Made by a program: the position numbers and the translations under genes
The notes under the pieces: model-generated
What the model was told of the DNA's origin: nothing
Seen by the model: the letters and a program-made list of their open reading frames with translations, nothing else
Database searches by the model: none
Shown: piece by piece, positions 44,671 to 56,834 of the stretch
Position numbering within the stretch: the first letter of the stretch is position 1
How the letters are laid out: every line of letters starts with the position of its first letter
NCBI RefSeq assembly: GCF_009914755.1
Contig: NC_060944.1
Strand: one strand, 5' to 3'
Origin: the human T2T-CHM13v2.0 reference genome, Homo sapiens
DNA length: 64,000 nt

Positions 44671-45819
44671 TGTTTAGTGTCAGCTTCAGAAGACATGTTT
44701 GGATTTTTCTAGAGGACCGTAAAAGCGAGGTTAATGAGCTTTGAATTTTTTATTTTTTTTAGTTATCTGTAATTTAATTTTATTTGAAATATTTACGTTC
44801 ATATTCTGATTATATAAATGATTGCATATTGTAAAAGATTAAGAAAGTATAGAAAGAGTAAAAGAAAAAAATTAATTATGCTAACCACAAGATATAACAA
44901 TAACAATATTAATTCAATGTTTTCCTCTTCCAGTAGACTTCTTTTTGGATTTTTACCCACGTTTAACCAAATAGGCTTCATAGCTTTTATTTTTCCCTTA
45001 AGTTTTTACTATGGAAATTTATAAGCATAGCCAAATGTAATATGACTAAAATAATTCTGTGGAAGCATCACCCAGCTTCAACCTTTGTTAACATTTGCCT
45101 GTCTCGGATCAACTCCATGCCCCTTTTTTTTTGGTTTCAGTATTTTAAACCAAATCTCTAACATCGACTTAGTATAATATTGTTTGATTGATTGTCATAA
45201 TTGTCAAACATTGATGATCATAAATTGCTTATATCCAAGACCGTGAAAGGGAAATGCCAGCAGCTACTCTAAGGTTTTCATTCGTTGCAGCTTACAGAAT
45301 GGTCCTTACTTGAGGACGCTAGAGGACGCAAGAGAGTTGTACCTTGGAGAAGAATGGTGCTGAATTTTGTGTTCCAGTATAGAGTTTGCCTTGCCTAAGT
45401 CTTATAGCTCTTCGTTTCTTATTTATCTTTATCTAATCCATACACTGAAAGTTCTTCTATTTCTGGGACCATGTCATATTTTTCTCTATGTGTCCAGGAC
45501 ATCGTACAAAGTTGTTAAGTGTTTATGGTTAGAGTAGCTACTCAACAGACAGCTGGCATCAAGGATTTGCAGTGTAGAATTGGAATTAGGTATCAAAATA
45601 GAATAGAAATAACCCCTGGATATATTCCTTAATCTCACTTAATATTGGTAGGTTATATAATCCACCAACTATTTCAGAGTATTGAAGAGTTGAAGAGCAA
45701 TGATTGGTTATGTTTCGATAATCTAAAAAAAAATCCCTGGAAACAAATTGTTAGAAATGATAACAACATTTATAGACCATGCCTTATAACTAAGATTGTG
45801 TTTCCAGGTTTTTAAAACA

Positions 45820-47450
45820 GGTTTTTAAGAAATGTTTCTACAGTAAAATAGACTATTTTGTTATTTTTGGTGTACAATTCTATTACAACACAGGCATAGT
45901 TTGTGTAACGACTACCGTAGTCAGAAAAAGAACATTTCCATCACCCCAAAAACTCCGCTCATGTCTTCCCTCATAATTACCCCTCACCATACCTGTAACC
46001 ACTGGCAACTACCATAAGCACTAAAACTCTACAGCTTTGTCTTTTTGAGAATGTCATATAAATGGACTGATGCTATATGTAACATTTGAGACCGGATTCT
46101 TTTACTCAGCAAATTGCTCTTGACATTCACCCAAGTTGTTATACGTATCAATACTTCATTTCTTTTACTTCTGGTTAACGGAAGTATCCACTTTATGGAT
46201 ATATCACAGTTCATCTATTCACTGGTTGATAGACTTTTCCCCCCACTTTTTGGCATTTATCAATAGAGCTGATATAAACATTCATGTATAGTTTTTTTGT
46301 GCTTATTTCTGTAGCATACGAAGCCAGGAGTATGTTTACTGGGTCATATGGGAAATGCATGTTTAACTTTATAAGAAACTGTCAAACTGTAGTATCTGTA
46401 CCATTTTGCATTCTCACTAATGATGTAGAAATTTCCAGTTTATTTACATCTTCATCAGCACTTAGTATTTTCCTTATTTTTTTATTTTAGCCATTCTAAG
46501 CATTGTGAGTTTAATTTACATTTCCCTAATGGCTAATGGTGTTCAGCAGGTATTACTTTTTTGTTTTTGTTTCTTTGCCATCCTTATATCTTCTTTGCGG
46601 AAGTGTCTGTATGCATGCTTTGCCCAGTTTTACATTGGGTTATATTTTTCCTATTGTTGATTTTTGAAAGCTATTTATATATTCTGGATATAAGTCCTTT
46701 TTTGGATGTGTGATTTGCAGATATTTCTTCTCAGCCTGTAGCTTGTCTTTTCATTCTCTTAATAGTGTCTTTTGCAGAACAAAATTTCTAATTTTAATGA
46801 CATCTGATTTATCGATGTTATCTTTTTTGGATTGTGCTTTTGATGTCATATCTAAGAAGTCTGCCTAGCCCCAGGTCATGAAGATTTTCTCTTGTTCTAG
46901 ACGTTTTATGGTTTTACACTTAAATCTGTGATCCATTGTGAGTTAACTTTTTAATAATATGCGATGGTTAAGTTGGGGTTTATTTCTTTACATGTGAATG
47001 ACCAACCATCCCAACACCACTTGTTTGGGTTTATTTCTGTACTATGTTCTGCTAAATTGATCTATGTGTGTATCTCTTCACCAGTACCAAGATGTCATAT
47101 TTACTGTAGCTTGATAGTAAATCTTAGGATAGTTTGATTCCTCCAAATTTATTCTTTTTTTCCAAAATTGTTTTTAGCTATTCTGGTTCCTTTGCCTTTC
47201 CATATAAATGGAATGCATACCTTTCCATGCATTTTAGAATCAGCTTATTTATATCTACCCAAAAATTCAGCTGGTATTTTCATTGACATTATGTGAAATC
47301 AGTAGATCTGTCTTTCTCACATTGAGTTTTCCAGTTCATTAATATAACAAGTCCGTTCATTTAAGTGTTCTTTAATTTCTTGCTTTAGTGTTTCATGATT
47401 TTCTGCATACAGATCTATACATGTTTTGTTTAGACATATGCCCAAGTATA
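45820..47450 (-). mobile_element. Old L1M, truncated at the duplication breakpoint
   Basis: Continuous reverse L1 3'UTR/ORF2 ending abruptly at ~47450. Confidence 0.85.
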
Positions 47451-47826
47451 ATCAGCCAACTGGTCTTCGACAAAGTAAACAAAAACATAAAGTGGGGAAA
47501 GGACACCCTTTTCAACACATGATTTTGGGATAATTGGCGAGCCACATGTAGGGGAATAAAACTGCATTCTCATCTCTCACCTTATACAAAAATCTACTCA
47601 AGATGGATTAAGAACTTAAACCTATTTTCTGAACTATAAAAATTCTAGAAGATAACACTGGATAAACCCTTCTAGACATTGGCAAAGGCAAGGATTTCAT
47701 GACCAAGGACCCAAATGCAAATGCAATAAAAACAAAGATAAATATCTGGGACTTAATTAAACTAAAGAGCTTTTGCATGGCAAAGGGAACAGTCAGCAGA
47801 GTAAATACACAACCCACAGAGTGGGA
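47451..47826 (+). mobile_element. L1PB ORF2 fragment, 3'-truncated, no polyA
   Basis: CAGCCAACTGGTCTTCGACAAAG...AAGTGGGGAAAGGACACCCT...CAACCCACAGAGTGGGA. Confidence 0.88.
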
Positions 47827-48098
47827 CCCCTGACCCTGACCCTGAACCCTAACCCTGACCCCTAACCCCTGACCCTAACCCTAACCCCTAACCCTAACCC
47901 TTAACCCTAATCCCTAACCCCTAACCACAACCCTCACCCTCACCCTAACCCAACCCTAACCCCTAATACCTAACCCCTAACGTCTCTTAACCCCTAACGC
48001 TAAACGTTGACTCCTAACCCCTAACTCTGACCCCAACCGCTATCTCCAAACCCTAACCCTAAACTTAACCCCTAACCCTAACACCAACCTTAACCCTA
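47827..48098 (+). repeat. Degenerate interstitial telomeric array (CCCTAA)n with CCCTGA/CCCCTAA/CCCTCA variants
   Basis: ~270 bp read directly; single orientation. Confidence 0.97.
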
Positions 48099-48740
48099 GG
48101 TTCGTTACTACGTTGGTATTGACTATGTCAATGTTGATTATTATGATCGCTGTCTTAGGACTGCACGGCAGCGAGGGGATTGCGGATCTTATATTAATAT
48201 TTTTGTATTGAGGCAGTGCATTAGCATTACAGGTGCTTGTTACATGAGCAATGGGGGTGTCATATTTTGGGTGTCATTTCTGCATTAGGAATGCTGCATT
48301 TGTCTTCTGAGGCTGCGGTGTGGATCTCGCACTGTGGCCGCCTCGCCTTGGCTGGGGAGAACCTCGGTGGGCAGGATTCAGAGGGGATTTTGGTTTCCCG
48401 TTTTCCACACTGAACCCCTCTAACTGGTCTCTGACCCTGATTATTCAGGGCTGCAAACAGGAAGGATTTTATTCACCGTCGATGCGGCCCCGAGTTGTAC
48501 CAAAGCGAGGCAGTGCCCCCAAGGTCTGTGCTGAGCAGAACGCAGCTCCGCCCTCGCGGTGCTCCCGGCCTGCCCGCCCGGGTCTGTGCTGAGAACGCTG
48601 CTCCGCCTTCGCTGTATCTCCGAAGTCTGTGCAGAGGAGAACTCAGCTCCGCCCTCGCGATGCTCTCCGGGTCTGTGCTGAGGAGAACTCAGCTCAGCCC
48701 TCGCAAAGGCCCAGCGCCGGCGCAGGCGCAGGGGCAGGGA
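48099..48740. repeat. TAR1 telomere-associated repeat with '37-bp'-type units and one partial 29-bp unit
   Basis: Four TCTGTGC(T/A)GAG..GAAC.CAGCTCCGCCCTCGC units at 48525, 48583, 48626, 48672; then GCAAAGGC..GCGCCGGCGCAGGCGCA as in human subtelomeres. Confidence 0.92.
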
Positions 48741-48769
48741 GGCGCCCAGCAGCGAGGCAGGTGGCACCA

Positions 48770-49725
48770 CCAGGGGGGCCCTCAAGCCTGGCGCGCACGC
48801 ATTCCAGACGACACCCAGACCATGCTCCGCCGCCTGGGCGCCCAAGCTGCAGTCGCCCTCTGTGTGCAGGCAGCAGCTGCCTAGCAACCCCCGAGCCCGC
48901 TCGCGCTCCCAGCATCGCAGAACCAGGGCCAGGTATCCCAGTGGCTGCGGCCAAGCCAGGCGTTCTGCCCGGCGGCGGCGGCTGCACAGGAGCCAGAACT
49001 GAGAACCCGCCGCTCAGCCCCACTCGGGGTGACTGCCGAGTGCCCGTGCCAGCGGCCCCGATCTCCCTCAGATGGAGGAGTGGGCGAGAGGCACGGCCTG
49101 GGGGCTCTCAGGCTGGGCGCGCTGGCGATCCCAAGGCCGACCAGGCCATGCACCTCCAGCCCGCCTGGGCACCTAAGCTGCAGCCGCCTTCTGTGTGCAG
49201 GCAGCAGCCTCCAGGCAACTCCCGAGCCCGCCCGCACTCCCCACATCTCGGAACCAGGGCCAGATGTCCCTGTGGCTGCGGCGAAGCCAGGCGGTCTGCC
49301 CTGCAGCAGCTGCACGGGGGCGGGAACCGGCCCTCAGCCCCATCCCGGGTGGCTGTAGAGGACCCCTGGCTGGAGGTCTCGAGCTCTGGCAGAGGAGGAC
49401 CCGGGCGGGGGCAGGGTCTGGCGGGCTCTCAGGCCAGGGGCACTCGTGATCCAGAGGCCGCCCAGGCCATGCTCCACCACCTGGGCGCCCAGCTACAGGC
49501 GCCGGGCAACTTCCAAGCTGGCTGGCGCGCCCAGCCTCGCAGAACCGGGGCTAGATGTCGCCGTGACTGAGGCCAAGTCAGGCGGTCTGCCCGGAGGCGG
49601 CTGCACCGGGGCAGGAACCGACCCTCAGCCCCATCCCCGGTGGCTGCAGACGGCCCCTGGAGCGGCCCCGATCTCTCTTCGGAGGAGAAGAGGGGCGGGA
49701 GTCACGGCCAGGGGGGCCCTCAGGA
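48770..49725. repeat. GC-rich tandem repeat, ~3 x 290-325 bp (CpG island); FAM201A/B-like lncRNA region by context
   Basis: Recurring blocks CCATGC..CCTGGGC(G/A)CC, GAACC(A/G)GGGC, AAG(C/T)CAGGCG(G/T)TCTGCCC, CTCAGCCCCA; units ~48771, ~49095, ~49416. FAM201 label is recollection only. Confidence 0.8.
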
Positions 49726-49804
49726 GGGAAGGGATGAGCGCCTGCGATTCCGGGAAGTCCCGCGCCAGCCCAGGAGAACCCGCAAGCCAGCGGCGCCTGT
49801 TTCT

Positions 49805-52110
49805 CTGTGTGATTCTTTGAGGAACCACCAAACTGTTTTCCACAGCAAGTGCATCATTTTCTGTTCCTAGCAGCCAGTTCATGAGGGCTCCAATTTCTCC
49901 ACCTCCTTAGCAACATTGATTTTCTGTGTCGTTGTTATGAAAGCCTTACCAGTGGATGCAAAGTGGCATCTCATTTGGGTTTTGTCTTGCATTTTATTAA
50001 TGAATAATGGTGTTTAGCATCTTTTCTTGTCCTTCTTAGACATTTGTGTATCTTCTTTGAAGAAATGTCTATTCAAGTCCTTTGCCTCTTTTTTAATTGG
50101 GATCTTAGAAATTCTGTTGTTGAGTTGTGGGATATTAAGCTTTTATCAGATAAACACATTGATTTTAGCAGATACATATTTTCTCACATACTATGGGTTG
50201 TCTTTTCACTCCCTTGATAGTATCCTTTGATGCATAAAGGGTTTTTATTTTGATTGAATCTAATTTACATGTATTTTCTTTTGTTATCTGTGCTTTTCTG
50301 TCGTATTTCAAAATACACTTAAAACTCAAAGGTCATAAAGATGTACTGTGTGTTTTCTTCTAAGAGTTACATATTTTTAGTCCTTACATTTAAGTCTTTT
50401 ATTAATTTAGAATTAATTTTTGTATATACTGCAAGGTAGGGGTCTAACTTCTCTCCTGTGCACTGACATCCAGCTGTTGAAGAGACTGTTCTTTCCTCTC
50501 TTGACTAGACTTGGCCACCTTGTTGAACAGTCATTGACCATATATGTGAGGACTAATTTGTAGGATCTCAAATCTGTTCTATTGTATTGGTCTAAAAGTC
50601 TATTGGTCTTATGCCAGTACCACACTCTCTTGATGACTGTAGATTGGTAGTAGGCTGTGAAACTGAAAAATGTGAATTTTCCAATGTTCTTTTTCAAGAC
50701 TGTTTTGTCTGTCAGATCCTTTGAATTTTTGTATGATTTTAGAATGAGTTTCTTTGTTTCTGCAAAAATGCCTTTGGGATTTTGATGATATTGCATTGAA
50801 TCTGTAGATACTTTAGATGGTATTGTCATCTTAACAATATTGTCTTACAACCCGTGAACACAGAATGTCTTTCCAGTTATTTCCACTCTCTTTATTTTTT
50901 TTCAGCAAAGTTTTGTGTATACCACCATGGTTACATTTATGCCTGAATAACTTATTCTTTGATGCTATTATAAATGGAATTTTTAAAATGTTTTCATAGT
51001 TATTTACAACTAAATAGAAATATAGCTCATTTGCCTATGTTTGTTTTGCATCCTGCCTCTTTTATTAGTTATAAATGGTTTTGTGTTTTGTTTGGAGCTT
51101 TATACCCATAAGATCATGTGTAGATATAATTTTACACCTATTTTTTATTTCTAATGTAGATGCCTTTTACTTCTTTGTCTTGCCTAATTGCTCTGGCTAG
51201 AACTGCCAGTGCTACATTGAATAGAAGTGGCAAATGCACCATCCTTGTCTTGTTCTAGATGTTAGGAAAACAGCTTTCAGTGTTTCATCATTGATCATGA
51301 TATTAACTGTTGGGTTTTTGTACATCCCATTGTCATGTTGCAGAAGATCCCTTCTATGCCTAGTTTACTGAGTATTTTTATTATAGAAGGATGTTGTATT
51401 TCATCAATGTTTTTTCTGCATCAATTGAAACAATAACATGCTTATTCATTTTAGTGTTACAGTATATTACATTGATTGATTTTTTATATGTTGAGCCACA
51501 CTTGCATTTTGGGGATAAATCTCAAAGGGTGATAGTTTACAATCCTTTGATTACGCAGTATTGCTGCTAGTATTTTGCTAGTATTGCTAGCATTTTGCTG
51601 AGATTTTTGCTTATATATCATAAGGGATATTGTGCTGTAGTTCTCTCTTTTGTGCTCTCTTTGGCTTTGGTATAAGGATAATGCTGTTATCAAAAAATGA
51701 ATTAGCAAGTATTCCTTCTTCATATATTTTGTCAGAAGAGTTTGAGAAGAAATGGTATTAATTCTTCTTTAAATGTTAGGTTGACTCAGCAGTTAATGCA
51801 GCTATTTGGTCATAAATGTTTCTTTGTTAATCGCTTTTGATTACTAATTCAATCTCCTAGGTTATAGATCTGTTCAGATTTTCTCTTTCTTCTTGAGCCA
51901 CTTTGGTAGTTTGTGTCTTTCTAGTGATTCATCCATTTCATCCAGGGCACCTAATTTGTTGTTAGACAGTTGTTCACAGTATACTCCTGTAATCCTTTTG
52001 TAGTTCTGTAAAGTTGGTTGTAATGGCTCTGCTTTCATTTATTATTTTAATAATTAGTCTTCCATCTTTTGCTCAGTCAATATAATGAAAGGCTTGATCT
52101 TTCAAAGAAT
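49805..52110 (-). mobile_element. L1MB ORF2 fragment
   Basis: - strand ORF 50413-50829 is ORF2-like (AYYQSTVIKRVWYWHK). Confidence 0.88.
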
Positions 52111-52124
52111 CTTTTTTGGGTCCA

Positions 52125-52322
52125 ACAAATGTATACCTTCTGTGTATTGATTTATGTATTCCCCTGTAATTTCTCCCTCTCTAAAATGGAAAATCAACTG
52201 CAATTCAGCTGCTTTGCATGCAGTTTCTCAGGACTCCTTAAACCTGTGATTCACTGGGCCACAGTCATTCATATAAGCTCAAAATAAGCCTCTTTAAAAT
52301 CCCTCAAAGAGTTTGGTTTTTC
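52125..52322 (+). mobile_element. MER4-group ERV1 LTR 3' fragment
   Basis: GTATTGATTTATG...TTCTCAGGACTCCTT...CTCAAAATAAGCCTCTTTAAAA...AGAGTTTGGTTTT. Confidence 0.6.
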
Positions 52323-52649
52323 TTCTAAAATTTTGTAATATAAATTATACGTAAATCATGGTAGTTGGCATTTTTCCACGCATCATAAGTTGTCTCACAG
52401 TGACCAAATGCAACTTGCAGAAAATAATTGGATATTATCTTCAAAATAATAGCAATCTTACTTCAGATGTTCTTTATCCAACATAGATTTAATACCTAAG
52501 AGATAACCTATAACATAAAGATTCATTAATTATGTCATCTTCTCCACCATTATCCATGATGATCACATACTTTGGAACTTATTCTATGGAGAATAGCCTA
52601 AAGTGAAGTCATAATAATGATACATTGTTATGCATTATCTGTCTTCTTC

Positions 52650-52917
<268 letters not shown>

Positions 52918-54623
52918 TAATTGTCACTTCTTACAGTGAGTGCTGAGGTTTGTATTAAGATTTTACATTTTGAATGTATTTATTAGGACCTGATTACACT
53001 CTCTTACGCTCTGACCAAACAATATGAATTCTATAAATTTTAATTCTATATCACTTCTCCAGGTACATATCATATTTTCCAAGACCCATTATTATTTTCA
53101 TGGTGGAGCTACAAGATTCAGCAAATAGTCATATAGAATATACTTAAGTTCAAGATTCTGAAAAAAATAATACTTTTCTATTATGATATCTGCATACTTG
53201 CATGCAATATGTATATGCAATACTTTATAAATACACTAACTTTTATCTATTATTTATCTGAAGTTCAAATTTAACTGTGTCTTTTGTTATCTCTCAACTC
53301 CGATGCATGGGAACCTTGGTGTTCTTCTGTCCAAGCTTAGCTCCAACTACCTCCAGAGACCCATTGGAGAAAGACACCAGTTTTTGAGCCAACTACTACA
53401 ATTCTTATAATGTGGATACCATTGTGTCTTAAAGTCAGTTTTTTTCTTATTATTCTTGTGTCCAAAATGACGGTAAAACACAAACAATATGACTGTGCTG
53501 ATACGTGTTGGTGGCACCTATTAATTATTTGGTTCTGGCACTGAAGATAAATATGTGTATTTATGAGATTAATCTTTTAGCTCGAGAATAACAACCACTT
53601 AATAAAATATACAATTTTGCTTTTATAAACTCAAATTTAGATTAAATTTTTTTTCAAGATGATGGATTAGAGACTTAAAGCATGCTTCAGCCACATGGAC
53701 ATAGCACAATAGTGCATAAATGTCAACTCTCTGAGCTTTAATTTAAGAAGAAGAATAGGAATCCACCAGAATCATGAAGGACACACCAGATCCCAGGAAG
53801 GAGAATGGAGGCAAACTGCCCCCATGATGGCATCCAGCTAATAAAAGTGAGTGAAGTACCAGTAAGTAAAATGTATTTTAAATATATTCTAAATATATAT
53901 GCAATATATGTCTATTCTAAATATATATGCAGCCAACATTGGAGCACACAGATTGGAACACACCCCAATGACAGTGTTAGACAGATCATTGAGGCAGAAA
54001 ACTAATAAAGAAATTCTGCATTTAAATTCAATGCTTGACCATTTGGAATTACAATACACTTCATTCATCAACCACAGAACATACACTGTAGTATCATCTG
54101 CGTGCAGATGAGTATACTGCTCAAAGCGATTTACAGATTCAATGCTTTTCCTATCAAACTACTAATGTCATTTTGCACAAAATAGAAAACATCTAAAATT
54201 TATATGGAACCTAAAAGGAGTCTGAATAGCCAAGCCAAAGCAATACTAAGGCTAGAGACATAGGCTAGAGACATCATATTACATGACTTCAAACTATCCT
54301 AGAAGACTATAGTTATCAAAACAACATGGCACTGGTGGAAAAACAGACACATAGACCAATGGAACAGACTAGAGTACTAGAAACTAAGGCCACATGCCTG
54401 CAACCATCACATCTTTAACAAAGTTGACAAAAGTAAGCAATGGGAAAAAGACTTTTATTTAATAAATAATGAGGGGTTAACTGGCCAGTCATATGCAGAA
54501 GAATAAAACTAGACCCCCATATTTCACCAAATACAAAAATTAACTTAAGATGGATTAAAGAGTTAAATGTAAAATCTCAAGTTATAAGATGCCTAGAAAA
54601 GTCCTAGGAAATACTTTTCTTGC

Positions 54624-55283
54624 TTTTTTATTTTATTTTATTTTATTATTATTATACTTTAAGTTTTAGAGTACATGTGCACAATGTGCAAGTTAGTTAC
54701 ATATGTATATATGTGCCATGCTTGTGTGCTGCACCCATTAACTCATCATTTAGCATTAGGTATATCTCCTAAAGCTATCCCTCTCCCCTCCCCCCACCCC
54801 ATAACAGTCCCCAGAGTGTGATGTTCCCCCTCCTGTGTCCATGTGTTCTCATTGTTCAATTCCTACCTATGAGTGAGAATATGTGGTGTTTGGTTTTTTG
54901 TTCTTGCGATAGTTTACTGAGAATGATGATTTCCAATTTCATCCATGTCCCTGCAAAGGACATGAACTCATCATTTTTTATGGCTGCATAGTAGTCCATG
55001 GTGTATATGTGCCACATTTTCTTAATCCAGTCTATCATTGTTGGATATTTGGGTTGGTTCCAAGTCTTTGCTATTGTGGATAGTGCTGCAATAAACATAC
55101 GTGTGCATGTGTCTTTATAGCAGCATGATTTATAGTCCTTTGGGTATATACCCAGTAATGGGATGGCTGGGTCAAATGGTATTTCTAGTTCTAGATCCCT
55201 GAGGAATCGCCACACTGACTTCCACAATGGTTGAACTAGTTTTCAGTCCCACCAACAGTGTAAAAGTGTTCCTATTTCTCCAT
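54624..55283 (-). mobile_element. L1PA 3' end (~660 bp, 5'-truncated)
   Basis: polyT then ATTATTATACTTTAAGTTTTAG; [47 protein letters not shown]. Confidence 0.96.
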
Positions 55284-56159
55284 ATGGCAAATAATTTATG
55301 GCTAAGTCCTCAAAAGCAATTGCAACTAAAACAAAAATTGACAAGTGGGAGTTAATTAAACTGAGAAACTCTTGCACAACAAGAGAAACTATCAAGGTAG
55401 TAAAGAGATAACACACAGAATGAAAGAAAATATTCACAAAGTACGCATCTAACAGAGGTCTATTATTCAGAACCTATAAGGAACTCAAACAAATCAACAA
55501 GCAAGCAACAAGTAACTCCATTAAAAAGTGGGCAACAGGACATGAACAGACACTTCTCAAAAGAAGACATACACACAAGCACCCAACAAACATATGTAAA
55601 AGTGCTCATCATCATTATTTATTAGAGAAATGCAAATCAAAACCGAAAGGAAATACCATTTCACACCAGTCAGAATGGCTTTTTTTGAAAAGTCAAAAGA
55701 AAAACACATATTGGTGAAGATTTAGAGAATAGAGAACACTTATACACTTTCTGAAGGAATGTAAATTAGTTCAGCCACTGTGGAAAGCAGATTGGGGATT
55801 TCTCAAAGAACTGAGAGTTGAACTACCATTCAACCCAGTAACCCCATTACTGGGTATATACCTGAAAGAAAATAAATATCCTACCAAAAGGACACATGTA
55901 GCCATATTTTTATCACAGCAGTATTCACAATCACAAAGACATAGACTTAACCCAGGCGTCTATCAGTTGTGGTCTGGATAAAGACTCATGGAATACTATA
56001 CAGCCATAAAAAACTCAAATTTATGGCATTTGAAGCAACATGGATGCATTGTTTCCAGCAAACTAATGCAAAAGCAAAAAACAAAATACCGCATGTTCTC
56101 TCTCATAAGTGGGAGCTAAATGCTGGGTACACATGGTCATAATACAGAGGGGCGGGAGG

Positions 56160-56490
56160 GGCCGGGACTGGTGGCTCACTCCTGTAATCCCAACACTTTG
56201 GGAGGCCAAGGTGAGCAGATCACCCGAGGGCAGGAGTTTGAGACCAGCCTGGCCAACGTGGTGAAACCCCGCCTCTAATGAAAACACAAAAATTAACTGG
56301 GCATGGTGGCTGGCGCCTGTAATCCCAGCTACTCGGGGTTCTGAGGCGGAAAGTCGCTTGAACCCGGGGGGCGGAGGTTGTAGTGAGCCAAGATCGCGCC
56401 ACATCACTGCAGCCTGTGCGATGGAGCAAAACTATGTCTCAAAAACAAAGAAAGAAAGAAACAAAAAAAGAAAGAAACAAACAAAAAAAC
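56160..56490 (+). mobile_element. AluS with (GAAA/CAAA)n tail
   Basis: Full Alu, CpG-rich right arm. Confidence 0.93.
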
Positions 56491-56834
56491 AAAGAGGGAG
56501 GAGGGAGGGAATACAGATTGATTAAAACTATCGATTGGTTAGTGTCCTCTCTACCTTGGTAATGAATTCATTCATTTAATTCATAATTCATTCAATTCAT
56601 AATTCAGTTCCCCCTGAGAAAAAAATATTCACTTGTCATTAAAATCTCTCTGTATCTTACTGATTTCAGATAGAAGTTAAATTTCACCTTAATAATAGAC
56701 ACAAAAGAACTAGTTAAACTGACAAAAACTAATAAACGTTTGCTCAAATTTACTGACAGAGTCATGGGTACTTCATATAATAGTAACATTCTACCAGTTT
56801 TAAGTAAAATAAATAAGGAAACAATCTTAATTTC

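Larger units (their letters stand above)
53655..56560 (+). mobile_element. Deleted L1PB/L1MA-type element hosting an antisense L1PA and an Alu
   Basis: Sense ORF2/3'UTR motifs 53880-54620 and 55284-56160. Confidence 0.8.

Noticed and set aside
47827-48098. Human chromosome 2 ancestral telomere fusion site
   Set aside because: That site has head-to-head TTAGGG/CCCTAA arrays with TAR1 on both sides; here there is one orientation and an L1 on the left.
48629-49570. 313-aa ORF and overlapping ORFs as a protein gene
   Set aside because: GTG start, very GC-rich tandem repeat, long ORFs in several frames and both strands, no recognisable domain.
54856-55227. Active L1 ORF2
   Set aside because: Only the 3' ~660 bp is present.
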